A stretch of DNA of 64,000 nt from Alphaproteobacteria bacterium (GCA_963422645.2 CAXXVO010000005.1:1-64000); one strand, 5' to 3'; numbered from the stretch's first letter, positions 49,447-60,775 are shown. Program-made: numbers and translations. The notes: generated by a model not told the origin, from the letters alone.

Positions 49447-50743
49447 CACAGCGCACGCTCGCGGACCTCGCACCCCGCCCGGGCCTCCCGCACGGCCTCG
49501 CGGGGCAGCAGGCCCAGCATCAGGACGACCGCGCCCGCACAGCGTTGCTCCTCCAGTGTCTCCGGCAGCCGGAGCAGCGAGGTCGCGACGATCCGCTCGT
49601 CCGCAGCCGAGGCGTTCTCGACGATGGTGACCGGCGTCGACGGCGCAGCCCCGTGCATCAGGAGACGCCCGCGCAGGAAGGTCGCCGCCCGCTTGCCCAT
49701 GTAGATCGCGGCAACGGACCCCGGCCGGGCCAGGCAGCCCAATCGTGCTCGGCGAGTCCGTCGGCGTCCTGGCCGGTGAGAAGGCGAAGCTCGGAGTTCC
49801 GCCCGCGCCGCGTCAGCGAGACCCCCATGTCGGCTGCGGCCGAGGACGCAGCCGTGATGCCCGGAACGATCTCCCACGGGATGCCTGCGCCGTCGAGCGC
49901 CTCGATCTCCTCGTCGAGCCTGCCGAATAGGGTGGGATCGCCGGACTTGAGGCGGACCACGTGATTCCCTGCTCGGGCACGACGCACCAGCAGCGCGTTG
50001 ATGCTCGCCTGCGACCACGAGGGGCCGAACCCCTGCTTGCCGGCGCAGACCCGCTCCGCCTCCCGCCGTGCGAGCTCGAGCACCTGCGCGGAGACCAGGC
50101 GATCGTGCACCACGATGTCGGCGTCATGCAGGCGGTTGCGCGCCTTGAGCGTGAGCAGCTCCGCATCGCCCGGCCCGGCGCCCACGAAGGAGACGAAGCC
50201 GGGCGGGCGGATTGCCGCAGCGGCCTCGTCAAGCAGCGAGCGCAGCGCAGCGCGGGCGCCGCTCTCGCCCTCCCTGGCGTAGCCGCGTGAGCCGCGCCGG
50301 AAGAAGTACTCGGACCAGAGAGCCCGTCGCATGCGGCCGGCGGGCACGCTCTCGCACTTGCTCCGGAATGCTTGTCCGATCCGCGCCAACGGCCCCAGAG
50401 AAGTCGGCAGCTGAGCTTCGAAGGCTGCCTTGAGAGCCCGCGCGAGCACCGGGGCCGTGCCTTCGGTCCCGATCGCGACCGTGACCGGATCGCGGTCGAC
50501 GATCGCCGGCGTGATGAAGTCGCTGTCCGTGAGATCGTCGGCGATGCTGACGCGAATCCCGTGACGGCGGGCGAGCGCGGCCGCGCGTGCGTCCGCCGCT
50601 TTGTCCCCATTCGCGCAGTAGAGAAGCGCCGCGCCTTCCAGGTCTGCGCTCTCGACGGGGCGCGCCTCGTGTTCGAGCCTGCCCGCACGCTGCCACGCAA
50701 GAAGTTCCCGATTCGGATCGGCACCGAAGACGGCGAGTTGCGC
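49446..50743 (-). pseudogene. cysG: siroheme synthase, 5'-truncated and frameshifted near 49735
   Basis: DFITPAIVDRDPVTVAIGTEG, VGAGPGD.ELLTLK, VRLKSGDP, PGITA; N-terminus replaced by the element end at 50744. Confidence 0.9.
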
Positions 50744-51715
50744 TGTAGGGGGACGAAAGTCATTGCGAATCCGGAAGATGCCGGGAAGAAGGCGGAAGAG
50801 GGCGGACGGTCAAGGGGTTGGCGGCGTTTCCGGGGTCTGGCGGGCCGGACGAAAGTCTTTGCGAATCCGGCCCGGAAAGGGCCGTGAATTGGCTGGAAAC
50901 GGTGATTTTCGGGGCGTTTCAGGGGTGCTGAAAGGCCTGTAAATCGGGGCGGTTCCGGGGGTGCGGATTCGCCGGTAAATCGGGGTGCGGCGCGGGGCTT
51001 CGCCTCGCCCGGTCTACGATGCCGGCGTTGTCCCCGCGCCGGCCTCCTTCCCTTCGAGATCGGCGCGCCGCGGGTCGCGTGCGATCTCCTCGTCGGAGAA
51101 CGGCTTTCGCCCGGGGTTCTCGACCTCCCAGCTTTCCATCCATGGCAGCGACTGGCATCCGCAGTTGATCGTCTCGGCGGCGGGTCCGGCGGGATCGCGG
51201 GGGTACATGAGCGAAGCGCCGCCGACGTCGAAGGGCCTGGCGGCTTCCCTGGTCTGTCCGTCGACGGCGTCGTGGGCGATGCGGCTTCTGAGCTTTCCGG
51301 AGCGTCGCCACTGCTTCCTCAGCCCCGGCAGGATCCCGGCGGCCTGCTCCATGCGCTGCTGTCCGGCCATGGAGTATGCGCGGCCGAGCTCGGTCCGCAC
51401 GATTGTCAGGGCGCGGGACCTGCCGCCGCTCTTGAGGATGGCGGCGACGCGGCCGGTGGTCTCGCCGACGGGGACCGAGCCGGTCATGGCGAGGCCGAGT
51501 TCGGTATTGACGCGCTCGGCAAGCGTCGTGGAGACGTCCTTCATCCTGTCGGTGAGGAAGGATCGCATGGCGAGGAGCTGGCGGGTGTCGACCTCGGGCA
51601 GGACGGCGGCGATGCGGAAGTCGGGGGCATCGAGGCGCATGGCGGCGTCGACGGGGGCGTCCATGGTATCGATGCCGGCGTCCCAGGCGCGGGTTGCGCC
51701 CTCGGCCATGGCCTG
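50744..51715 (-). mobile_element. second transposable-phage-like remnant (terminus plus head gene)
   Basis: Begins TGTAG; two copies of GGACGAAAGTC.TTGCGAATCC (50751, 50847); subterminal DNA resembles 9085-9120. Confidence 0.75.
51014..51715 (-). pseudogene. phage head morphogenesis protein (Mu gpF-like), 5'-truncated
   Basis: RALTIVRTE, KQW, SR..H...DGQ, F.VGG..L.YP.DP......INCGC. Confidence 0.8.
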
Positions 51716-52187
51716 CCGTTGGATCGATGCGGTTCTGAGCGACCTGAACGCCACCGAAACGGTCTTCCCCGGCACCCGTCTGCGCATAGTCTACGACATC
51801 GACGGGGCCTCGGAATCCGCGCGGCTCGTGTCACCTAAAATCAGCAGAGGTCAGGAAGTCTGAACCTATACAGTCAAGCGGGGATCAACGACGCGCCGAC
51901 GGCGAAACGGCACCGACGGCAAGCAACATCAGCACGCACTCAGAACTGGCGGCGGGGTACCTGGGTAGTTACGAATATTTTCCCAAATAAGCGCAATATC
52001 GTGGAAAAATAAGTATTTAATTACTATATTCATACAAGTTCAGACTTCCTGACCTCTGCTGATTTTAGGTGACACGAGCCGCGCGGATTCCGAGGCCCCG
52101 TCGATGTCGTAGACTATGCGCAGACGGGTGCCGGGGAAGACCGTTTCGGTGGCGTTCAGGTCGCTCAGAACCGCATCGATCCAACGG
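51716..52187. repeat. 150-bp inverted duplication of an IS right end with a 172-bp spacer
   Basis: 51716-51865 is the reverse complement of 52038-52187. Confidence 0.9.
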
Positions 52188-52630
52188 TCGCAGGCGTCGT
52201 TTGCGAGGCCAAGAATGTGGACCCGCAGGAGGCCATTGCCAGGATCCGGCAGGATGTCGGCATCGGCGGTGAGCAGCGCTTGAAGCAGTTTCCGGGGATG
52301 GGGCTTGTGGCCCTGCGCCTGCATGACGGGAAGCATCATGCGGGTTTCGGCGCGGTAGGCGATCATCCGGATGACGTCGAGGAGGAGGCGCTCGCGCGCG
52401 GGCAAGGCATCGAGCTGCTCGGCTTCGTCGAGGTCGCCGGCCCGGCAGTGCTTGGGCGTCTCCCTGCGGCTGGCCCTGACGATGTCGCGGACATCCTGGA
52501 GGTCCCTGACTTCCCTCCTGAGTTCCGCCGTCGGCTGCTTCTTCCGGGCCGTGTCGGCGATGCGGTTGCGCAGGCGGCCAAGCTGGCGGTCGAGGCGATG
52601 GATTGCCTTGTCAGCCGCCACTCGGGGGAA
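52040..52630 (-). mobile_element. IS remnant, same transposase family as 922-1495
   Basis: IRMIAYRAETRMMLPV..LNATETVFPGT..RGQEV*. Confidence 0.75.
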
Positions 52631-52634
52631 AGAG

Positions 52635-53319
52635 CCCTGCCATAGGGAGACGGAAAGCAGACCTTGTCTTGGGTCAGCACCAGCACAACCTGGCGTGCGC
52701 TGCCCAGTTCTCGGAACCTTGCAAAAATCAGCCGGATCGTCTCCTGAATGCGCAGATCAGGATTGAAGACGGGGCCGCCGCCCTCGCGATGCCAGACATA
52801 CCCGATCGGCACGTTGAGGCGCAGCTCGCCGCGGCACGCCTTTTCCCGAAGCGCGTCAAGCATGCGGGCGCGAAGGACGCCGGTTTCGAACTCAAAGATG
52901 CTGCCTTTCATTCCCAGGAGAAGGCGATCGTTGGGAAGGCGAGGGTCGTAGACCCCATCCATGTCGATCACTCGCGCGTCGAACAGTCCGCACAACTCGA
53001 GGAGATGATGCCAATCACGACCGTTTCGCGAGAGCCTGGAAGCATCGAAACACAGAACTGCGCCGACCCTTGCCGCGCATAGCCACGCGCACAACCGCTC
53101 GAAGCCAGGCCGCTCCATCGCGCCGTTTGCCGAGATGCCAAGATCATCGTCGATCACTTCGACATCTCGGAATCCCCGACGCCGGGCGAGCTCGACGAGT
53201 TCGTATTGTCGCCTCTGGCTTTCCAGGTTGGAGCTGACCTGATGGGGGGTGGATTGCCGCACATAGATCACCGCTTTGCGCTTCAGGACCGCGGCGGTTA
53301 AGGGATCAGATCCGTTCAT
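52635..53319 (-). pseudogene. large serine recombinase, C-terminally truncated
   Basis: YVRQST, DDDLG.S, RPGF, ASRLSR, DRLLLGMKG, PIGY. Confidence 0.85.
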
Positions 53320-53485
53320 GGTTGTCCTCCTCCCTGTTGAGATCTGCCGCTTCCATCAGCAGCCAGGCGAGTCGCAGGACGGCTTGGTCGCGCTCGGATA
53401 GGGTCATCTTTCGTAGTTCGCCTGTGTCGAGAGCCATCGCGAGCTGGTCATTCGACGGCCATGGTATCGGGCGAGGGGTTTTCAT
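53306..53485 (-). CDS. 59-aa accessory protein of the recombinase element
   Basis: Own translation MKTPRPIPWPSNDQLAMALD..VLRLAWLLMEAA..HERI*; overlaps both neighbours. Confidence 0.5.
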   Translation of the reverse strand: MKTPRPIPWPSNDQLAMALDTGELRKMTLSERDQAVLRLAWLLMEAADLNREEDNHERI

Positions 53486-53879
53486 CGGTGTCCTCCCGGG
53501 AACGGCTTATGTTCTGCCGGGAGTGTTTCCTGAAACCAGATTCGATCAAGAAGTAGTGGAGTTCGACCAGCGCCGACAGCGATACCAGAGGCTCACCAGA
53601 TCCCAATCGGGCACAGGCGACGGGATCCAGCATCCATGCGGCGATCAGCGCAACTTCACCAGGGTCCGCCTCGACACGCACGAACTCACCTGAAGCGTGA
53701 CGCTCGCGCCTCAGCTCCCGGACATCGAGCCCATGAAAAGGATGCCAGCGGTAATGGACCCTGTGGCTCTGCTTGATATGGGCAGAATGATTAGGGCTCC
53801 AATGGGCCTCGACCACGACCCACTCCTGACCACGGGCCCGGACAAGCTCACCCGGCGAGAACTGCGCCACGGCGCCCAT
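53448..53879 (-). pseudogene. chimera: SNF2 (DrmD-like) helicase N-terminus joined to a recombinase-element accessory ORF
   Basis: FSPGELVRARGQEWVV start 4 bp after the large helicase, then VHYRWHPFHG..AWMLDPVAC typical of ORFs upstream of such recombinases. Confidence 0.6.
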
Positions 53880-53882
53880 GAC

Positions 53883-56800
53883 CTATCCCTTCAACAATTC
53901 AGTGAGTTCCTCTTCGAACGCGATGAGGCGCCCAGGATCACCGGGGCGCTCCAAGACCCTAACGCCCTTCGAAGCCAGCTTCCCAACCATGGCTTCATCG
54001 GTTTCGCCCTCCTCGACAACAACGAGGCGCGCCTTGCGCCAAATATTCGGGAAGGCGACGCCGTCGACGGTGAGCGGTTTTTCGTCTGGAGGCGCTCGAT
54101 CCGGCGTTCCCGACGCCTGCGTTCGATCAGTATCGGAGGGACCAGCGTGGGCAAGCCGCAGCAGGAATGAGAGAGCAGCGGGATCGCGCCGATCGATTTG
54201 CTCGTGATCGGGCTGATTGAAGTAGGAAAGGACACAGCGGTAGCATCCGGCGACACATTCCGGGTCGCCGGTCTCGGACAGACGGCCAGGATCCTCCTTC
54301 GCTTCACCTAAGCTGGCCTGATCGTAGTGCATGATCTCAAGTGCGCGTCCGGCGACCTGCATGAAGCCGTCATTCCAACTCACAAGTTGCGCCAGTGCGC
54401 CAGCGCCGCCCTCCGCCGCCTCATAGAACAGGAGGGCGTTTCTCTCGTCGGAGCTGGGCGCCGGCTCGACGAGGATCTCGCCCTCTTCCAGCTGGAATAC
54501 AGCCTCGATGCCGCGCGCCAGTGCATGCTGGATCGTGGTGAGCGTTCTCCGGCTTTCGGGTCCGAGCTGGGCAAGCCAGCGCCTGGGAAAACGAAGCAGA
54601 AGCGCATTCTTGCGGTCTTCTACCAGCGGAACGATAAGCTGGCGCAGCGTATCCGGACGGCTGTCGTCGTCGCCGCCTTCTTTCTTCTCGCCGATCCACG
54701 CGCCGGACTTGGGATTGATGAAAAAACCGATCTTCTCCTTGTCCTTGCGGCGCCGCAGCCCCTTGTTGATCCGGCTGATCCGCGCGGCCTGTGCAAAATC
54801 CAGCGTCACGATTTCCCCTCCGGCATCACGAACGATCTGGCGGGACGTAGAACCGGCGCCCTCAAACGAAAAGGTTGTCTGAAGCTCGAACCCCTGCCGC
54901 TTCCGGTCCTCGTCGTTCGATGTGATCCGCTCGGCAGGCCGGCTGCCGACATTCTCGATCCGGTAGAGGTTGTGAACGAGAATCGCCCCGCCGAGCGCAA
55001 CTCCGCAGACGTGGCACATCTCGGGGTGTTCCCCGGGGTGTCCCGCGCCGTAAGTCTTGCAAATCGCCCGGCTCTGCGTCGTCAACATGCCGTCGGGGCG
55101 GTCTCCGGCATCTTTGAGGAGCGCGCGGTCCACGCGGAACGCACGGCCTTCATGGTAGACGAGGCTCTGCGGGCCGAACTCGGAAATCGCAAGAAACCTG
55201 GCGCGCTGGATGTAGCGCTGGCTCTTGCCGTCCGAACTACCCTGAACGTAGGCCATAAGCGGCAGGCGCGGGAAATTGTATCCCGGAAGAAACCCCTCAG
55301 TTGCGAGATACCGGTACAAATAGAAGTCGTTGTTCTGGGTCGATGCAGATTGAAGCAGTGTCTTGCGTTGCCAGTTCCCCATGGCGAGACGGCTTTCCGA
55401 CGCCTTCCGCTCCCGCGGCGAGATCGAGTAATCGTCAAGCGTTTGCGTTGCCAGTTCCACCGCCCGCTCGGCGGCGGCGAGAAGGTCGCGCCAGCGATCG
55501 AAGGACCGGTCGAAGTCAATGGGCGCACGTTCGATCAGCGAGTGGGCCAACGCCTCGCGGCCGGAATACCAATACGGGGGGTCTCCGGCGAAATCGTCTT
55601 CGAGGGCCGCGAGGACCGCTTCGATGCACGAAGCCGCACCGCGTGAGGCCTCCGCAGACTTGATGGCCTCGGAAATATGCGAATGCAGCGGGCGTTCCGA
55701 ACTCGACATGTCGAGGTTGTCGGGGATACGAGATTGAAACTCCGCCCCGCTGGCGGCCAACCACTCCGCGTGCAGGTGGCTCTCGACCAGATCCCGGTTT
55801 CGAAGATCGATCGATGGCGGGACGACAACCCCGTCGACCAGATCCTGCATGCGGTCGAAGAAGTACTGATCATGCGGGCTCTGTGCGGCGCAGTAGGTCA
55901 GGATCATGGCCGCCTGGCCACTGCGACCGGCGCGTCCGCTGCGCTGGGCATAGTTCGCCGCCGTGGGTGGGGCATTCCGGAGATAGACGACATTCATCGA
56001 GGAGATGTCGACGCCAAGTTCCATGGTCGGCGAGCAAAACAGCGCCGGCAGGAAACGCGCGCCTTCGCGATGTTCACTCAGTTCATCCTGTCGCTCATCG
56101 AGCTTCTTTCGGTCGTCCTCTCCGTACCTGAACCGAAACTCGCGTAGCTCCCGGAGTTCGCTCTCCACCTGCGCCGTGTGCTCGCGTCCCTCGAGCCCGA
56201 AGAGGGGTGCCGCGTCCGCTGCGAGAGCATCGGATACGGCTTTGTAGAGGCCGGCAAAGAAGCGGTTCGTCACTTCCGCGCCCTGTTCGCCGGTCTGCGA
56301 GCGGTATTGAATGGTCTTGGCAATGAGCCGCCAACCCATGCCGCCGACCGGCGAAGACACCTCCTCGACGAGGCCGTAGTTCTTCGCCCCGTTCAGCAAC
56401 GTCTTCAGGACATCCGGAACATCCCCGGCGCTCAGTTGTCTGGCGCCGAACCGGATCGCGCGGATTTTCCGTGCGAGAGCGCTTTGGCGCGTGCCACGCA
56501 CGAGGCGCTCCTCGTCCCGTGGACCGATCCTTGCGCGCTTCGGCGGTTCGAGCATAAGGACCGACGCCCCGACCGTGGCCTCTTCCTCGAGCGACCAGGG
56601 CGCCTTGATCTGCCCCCGCATCGTTTGTGCGATCGCATCGACCTTCTGGCGTCCGAGGGCGGCGGTGTTGACCGCCAACCCCTTGCGCATGTGGTCGAGA
56701 AGCTCCTGAAGCGCGGCCTGCCGCGCTGCAGCGGACGCCGAGCGCAGGATGGGCGAGGCAGCGAACTCCTCATCGTCCCGGGCCAGATCTTCGATGTACT

Positions 56801-59084
56801 GGTACTCGGCGCGAACGAGGCCGAGCTGTTCGAGATTCGGATTGGTGAAGCGCCATCCCCGGCGCTGATCGATCCAGAAACGAAGCTGCAGCCCTTCACG
56901 AAGCACGGCTTCCGCGTCCTCCCGTGCCTGTCCTTTCAGCCCGGGATTTTCCAGCCACTCTTCGGCGCGATGGGCAAACGCCCCATCCGCAAGGAAACCG
57001 AGCGCTGTCTGGACTCGCGCGCCGATCTCGGGCTCGGGTATTGAGCCGCCAGGCGCCAATTTGAGAGCGGACAGGATTGCCGCCCTCAAGAGGGACACGA
57101 AAATGAAATCGTTGAAATGACCGGCCTGAAGCGCTGCATCCTGCCGGTTGTCGGTGAAGGCCAGCAGTTTGCGCGTGTGCTCGGGGAGGTCCGATGCATC
57201 GCCGTTCATCCAATGCAGGATGCTGGAGATCAGGATCGTCGTCGCCGAGCTCCGGCCCTCGCCGCTCAGGGACGCAAGCTTGTTAATGTCGCGGGCAGAC
57301 GTGTTGGAAACGTCCTTGCACATCGGACAGAAACGGAACTTGCCGGGCATGAACCAGCTTCGATGCCCCATTCCGCAATTGCCGTTCGGCGCCACGTCAT
57401 GAAGGCTGGCCCGGCGTTTGCGGTAGGTCGATTTCAGGCGCCTGTCGCCGCGCTTCGTCTCCTCCAGCCACGCTTCCGGATAATCCTCGTCATCGCCCTT
57501 GAACGTGAATTCGCGGTCGTCAGGTTCGGGCATCAGAAAGCCCCACTCGGCGCCTTCGTCCTCCTCGTCCGCCTCAACGGGAATATCGTCGATCTCCCGC
57601 TTCTCGAAATACTCGCGCCCCCGGTCAGTCCGCAACGTGACCGGGTGGAATTCCTGACCGCAGTTCCGGCAGAAATGGACCGGGTACAGGCGCTCTTCCT
57701 CATTGCGCGGGTTGAATACTTGCCCCGAAAACGTCACGTCGCGCTGGCCTTCTGGGCGAAGGGTCGCATACAGGCGCCCGGCGCCGGCGATGAATTGATG
57801 GAGCTTGAAGGCGAACAACGGCTCGCTGCTTCCACCGGCTACACCGCGCTGGTTCTCCGGAGTGCTGAACCCGATCAAGGCTTTCCGGAGAGCCGCCGCG
57901 CAGACGTCTTGGGATAGCCCGCAATTCCCGGCCAGCGCCACGGCGGCCCGGTCGAGCGAAACGGGGCTCGCCCGCTCGGGCTTGTGATCGACATTCTTCA
58001 AGCCGATCCGTGTCTCGATCCAGGCGGCCAGATCGTCCCTCGCCAGTTCATCGTTCGTGAGTCCATGCCCGACGCTACCTTTCAGGGCTGTCTCGACCGC
58101 CGCCGTCAGTCCAGGCAGTTCGCGTTCGCCGCTCCTGCTCGCATCGGTCACGCGGCGGAGCGTTTCCGTAACGACCGCATCCGGGCCGATTCTGGCGCTG
58201 AAGATTTTCGAGGCGACCCGTGCCACCGCGGCGCGCTTCTCTTCCGGCGCGCCTTCGCTTGCCATGGTCGCTGACGTGCCGACGCAGATTGGCGGATGCT
58301 TCGGATCGCCTATCCGTGCCTTAAGGCGGCGCATCAGCATCGCCACATCCGCGCCCTGGCGCCCGCGGTAGGTGTGCAACTCATCGAGCACGACGAACCG
58401 CAGGCCGCGGCAATTCTCGATGACCTTCCGGTCCAGATCGTTCTGCCGCGTCATGAGCAATTCGAGCATCATGAAATTGGTAAGCAGAATGTCCGGCGGG
58501 TTGTCCCTGATGCGCTCGCGTTCGTCGGTGCCTTCCTGTCCGGTGTATCGCGCGAACGTGGGAGAATTCGGGCGCCCTGCGCCCAGATAGCGCCGCAGCT
58601 CTTCTGCTTGGCTGTTGGCAAGGGCATTCATCGGATAGATAACGATGGCGCGGGTGCCCGGGGCACGGCCCGCTTTCCGGGCCTTGATCGCGGCGTCGAT
58701 GATCGGGATGAAGAAACACAGCGACTTCCCAGAGCCGGTGCCAGTCGTCACGGCGTAACTCTGATTGTTCAGAGCATAGCCGACGGCCTGCTGCTGGTGC
58801 TTGCGGAGCCTCAGCGTTCGATCCCTGCGGTTTCCGGAGGCCGAGAGGTCCCGAAATACCTCGGCACATTCGGGTTCCAGATCGCCGGCGTCGATGAAAT
58901 CCTGTATCGAGCCGCCGTCGGCATAGTGCGGGTTGAGCTGAATCAACGGCTCGGGCCAAAATCGCCTGGTCGCGTACAGCTCATCGACCTGCGCATTCAA
59001 CTCCGGCGAGCGGATATTTGTAAAAGAGCGTGCGAACGCCTTGTAGTGATCGATGACAGTTTCATCGAGATTGAAGACGTCCAT
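53883..59084 (-). CDS. large DEAD/DEAH helicase with C-terminal DUF1998/MZB-like domain (DISARM-like defence helicase)
   Basis: TGTGSGKS, YPMNAL, DELHTYRG, SAT, FTDNRQDA, SPTMELGVDI, QRSGRAGR, YEAAEGGAG..CVAGCYRC. Confidence 0.88.
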   Translation of the reverse strand: MDVFNLDETVIDHYKAFARSFTNIRSPELNAQVDELYATRRFWPEPLIQLNPHYADGGSIQDFIDAGDLEPECAEVFRDLSASGNRRDRTLRLRKHQQQAVGYALNNQSYAVTTGTGSGKSLCFFIPIIDAAIKARKAGRAPGTRAIVIYPMNALANSQAEELRRYLGAGRPNSPTFARYTGQEGTDERERIRDNPPDILLTNFMMLELLMTRQNDLDRKVIENCRGLRFVVLDELHTYRGRQGADVAMLMRRLKARIGDPKHPPICVGTSATMASEGAPEEKRAAVARVASKIFSARIGPDAVVTETLRRVTDASRSGERELPGLTAAVETALKGSVGHGLTNDELARDDLAAWIETRIGLKNVDHKPERASPVSLDRAAVALAGNCGLSQDVCAAALRKALIGFSTPENQRGVAGGSSEPLFAFKLHQFIAGAGRLYATLRPEGQRDVTFSGQVFNPRNEEERLYPVHFCRNCGQEFHPVTLRTDRGREYFEKREIDDIPVEADEEDEGAEWGFLMPEPDDREFTFKGDDEDYPEAWLEETKRGDRRLKSTYRKRRASLHDVAPNGNCGMGHRSWFMPGKFRFCPMCKDVSNTSARDINKLASLSGEGRSSATTILISSILHWMNGDASDLPEHTRKLLAFTDNRQDAALQAGHFNDFIFVSLLRAAILSALKLAPGGSIPEPEIGARVQTALGFLADGAFAHRAEEWLENPGLKGQAREDAEAVLREGLQLRFWIDQRRGWRFTNPNLEQLGLVRAEYQYIEDLARDDEEFAASPILRSASAAARQAALQELLDHMRKGLAVNTAALGRQKVDAIAQTMRGQIKAPWSLEEEATVGASVLMLEPPKRARIGPRDEERLVRGTRQSALARKIRAIRFGARQLSAGDVPDVLKTLLNGAKNYGLVEEVSSPVGGMGWRLIAKTIQYRSQTGEQGAEVTNRFFAGLYKAVSDALAADAAPLFGLEGREHTAQVESELRELREFRFRYGEDDRKKLDERQDELSEHREGARFLPALFCSPTMELGVDISSMNVVYLRNAPPTAANYAQRSGRAGRSGQAAMILTYCAAQSPHDQYFFDRMQDLVDGVVVPPSIDLRNRDLVESHLHAEWLAASGAEFQSRIPDNLDMSSSERPLHSHISEAIKSAEASRGAASCIEAVLAALEDDFAGDPPYWYSGREALAHSLIERAPIDFDRSFDRWRDLLAAAERAVELATQTLDDYSISPRERKASESRLAMGNWQRKTLLQSASTQNNDFYLYRYLATEGFLPGYNFPRLPLMAYVQGSSDGKSQRYIQRARFLAISEFGPQSLVYHEGRAFRVDRALLKDAGDRPDGMLTTQSRAICKTYGAGHPGEHPEMCHVCGVALGGAILVHNLYRIENVGSRPAERITSNDEDRKRQGFELQTTFSFEGAGSTSRQIVRDAGGEIVTLDFAQAARISRINKGLRRRKDKEKIGFFINPKSGAWIGEKKEGGDDDSRPDTLRQLIVPLVEDRKNALLLRFPRRWLAQLGPESRRTLTTIQHALARGIEAVFQLEEGEILVEPAPSSDERNALLFYEAAEGGAGALAQLVSWNDGFMQVAGRALEIMHYDQASLGEAKEDPGRLSETGDPECVAGCYRCVLSYFNQPDHEQIDRRDPAALSFLLRLAHAGPSDTDRTQASGTPDRAPPDEKPLTVDGVAFPNIWRKARLVVVEEGETDEAMVGKLASKGVRVLERPGDPGRLIAFEEELTELLKG

Positions 59085-59492
59085 CACCAACTCCCGCTCG
59101 GAGAGGTTCGGGCCACTTCGCTCGGTGCGAACACTTGTAGGTCTTGTGGGCGGCGTGCCGCCGAGCCCGGCGGCTTCCTCCGCCCTCGGCATTTCACGCT
59201 CCGAACCCACATCTTTTCACGATATTCTTGCCGAATATGCGATGCTGCATCCAGACGGGCAGCAGTCCATCCGTCAACCCCGTGGCCGGATTGGCTTTTC
59301 CCAGCGCCGGCCGGGCACCTCGCAGAGTGCCCGTCATCGCATAGCAATCGGCTGGATTCTACATTCAGGCGGTCTGAGGCGCTCCGAGTCGCGGTCGGCT
59401 GGCGTGGTAGCATCAAGACCCTGGACCCTCCTTCACGGTATCCTTGTTCATCCCTTCTCCACCCCGCCATCCTATCCTGTCCCGCTCCCCGA

Positions 59493-60629
59493 TTACCCGT
59501 AGGGCAAGGCATCGGTCAACGGCCGCTCCCGAAGAGACCGCGCATCGTGGGCGATTCCGACTTGCGGACCGTCCTTCGCGCCCGCCAGCCATTCGTCCAG
59601 CTTCGACCAGCGCCGGCGCCCGGAGGCATTGCGAACCGCGATGGCCACCGCTTTTTTCTGCCCCACCAGCACCACAAGCCGCTTGCCGCGCGTGACCCCG
59701 GTGTAGAGCAGGTTTCGCTTGAGCATCGCGTAATGCTGGGTCAGCACAGGGATCACCACCGCCGGATATTCCGAGCCCTGGCTCTTGTGCACTGTCGCGG
59801 CATAGGCCGGCACCAGGGCGTCGAGTTCGCCGAAACCGTAGAGGAGATCGCGCCCCTCGAACCGCGCGGTCAGCTCGCCGGCCTCGGGGTCTACATCCAT
59901 GATCGCCCCGATATCGCCGTTATAGACCTCCTTGTCGTAATCGTTCTCGATCTGCATCACCTTGTCCCCCGGTGCGAAGGTCCAGCCGAAACGCTCGACC
60001 TTGCGCTCGCCGGCCGGGTTGAGCGCCGCCTGGAGCTCGATGTTGAGCGAGCGGGCGCCCGCGCCACCCCGGTTCATCGGGCACAGCACCTGGATGTCGC
60101 GCACCGGGTCGAGGCCAAAGCGCTTCGGGATCCGGCTCTTCACCAGCTCGACGATCCTGTCCGCCGCCGCCTCGGGGTCCTCGGCCGGCACGAAGTAGAA
60201 GTCGCTTTCGCCCTCGGGCCGGGAGAGGTCGGGGATGGCGCCCCGGTTGATGCCGTGGGCGCTGGTGACGATCCGGCTCTGCGCCGCCTGGCGAAACACC
60301 TCGGTCAGGCGCACCACCGGCGCCGCTCCCGAGGCGATGATGTCGGCCAGCACCTGGCCGGGCCCGACCGAGGGCAGCTGGTCGACATCGCCCACGATCA
60401 GCAGCGCCGACCCGTCGGGGACCGCCGCCAGCAGCGAGCGCATGAGCAGGACATCGACCATCGAGGTCTCGTCGATCACCAGCAGCCCGCAGTCGAGCAG
60501 GTTCTCCGCATCTCGCCTGAACCCGCCATTCCTGGGATCGACCTCAAGCAGTCGGTGGATCGTCTTCGCCTCCAGCCCGGTGGCCTCGCTCATCCGCTTG
60601 GCGGCGCGCCCGGTCGGCGCGCACAGCAT
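59493..60629 (-). pseudogene. recD2: RecD2-like helicase, C-terminal half only
   Basis: [46 protein letters not shown]; Walker A region missing. Confidence 0.85.
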
Positions 60630-60775
60630 GATAGCCCCAGCCGCGCGCCGCGATGTCCCGCTCGATCAGCTTCAGCATCTCCACGAACTGGGAGAAGACC
60701 AGCACCCTGCGCCCCTCGGCGACCAGCTCCTCCAGCAGCGCGAGAAGCCGCGCCCGCTTGGCGCTCGCGGTGATG
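60630..60775 (-). pseudogene. SNF2 helicase C-terminal-domain fragment
   Basis: [34 protein letters not shown]. Confidence 0.7.

Noticed and set aside
49554-49567. Partial match AGTGTCTCCGGCA to the island motif inside cysG
   Set aside because: It matches only a permuted part of the motif, lacks the CACGAG core and is compatible with chance.
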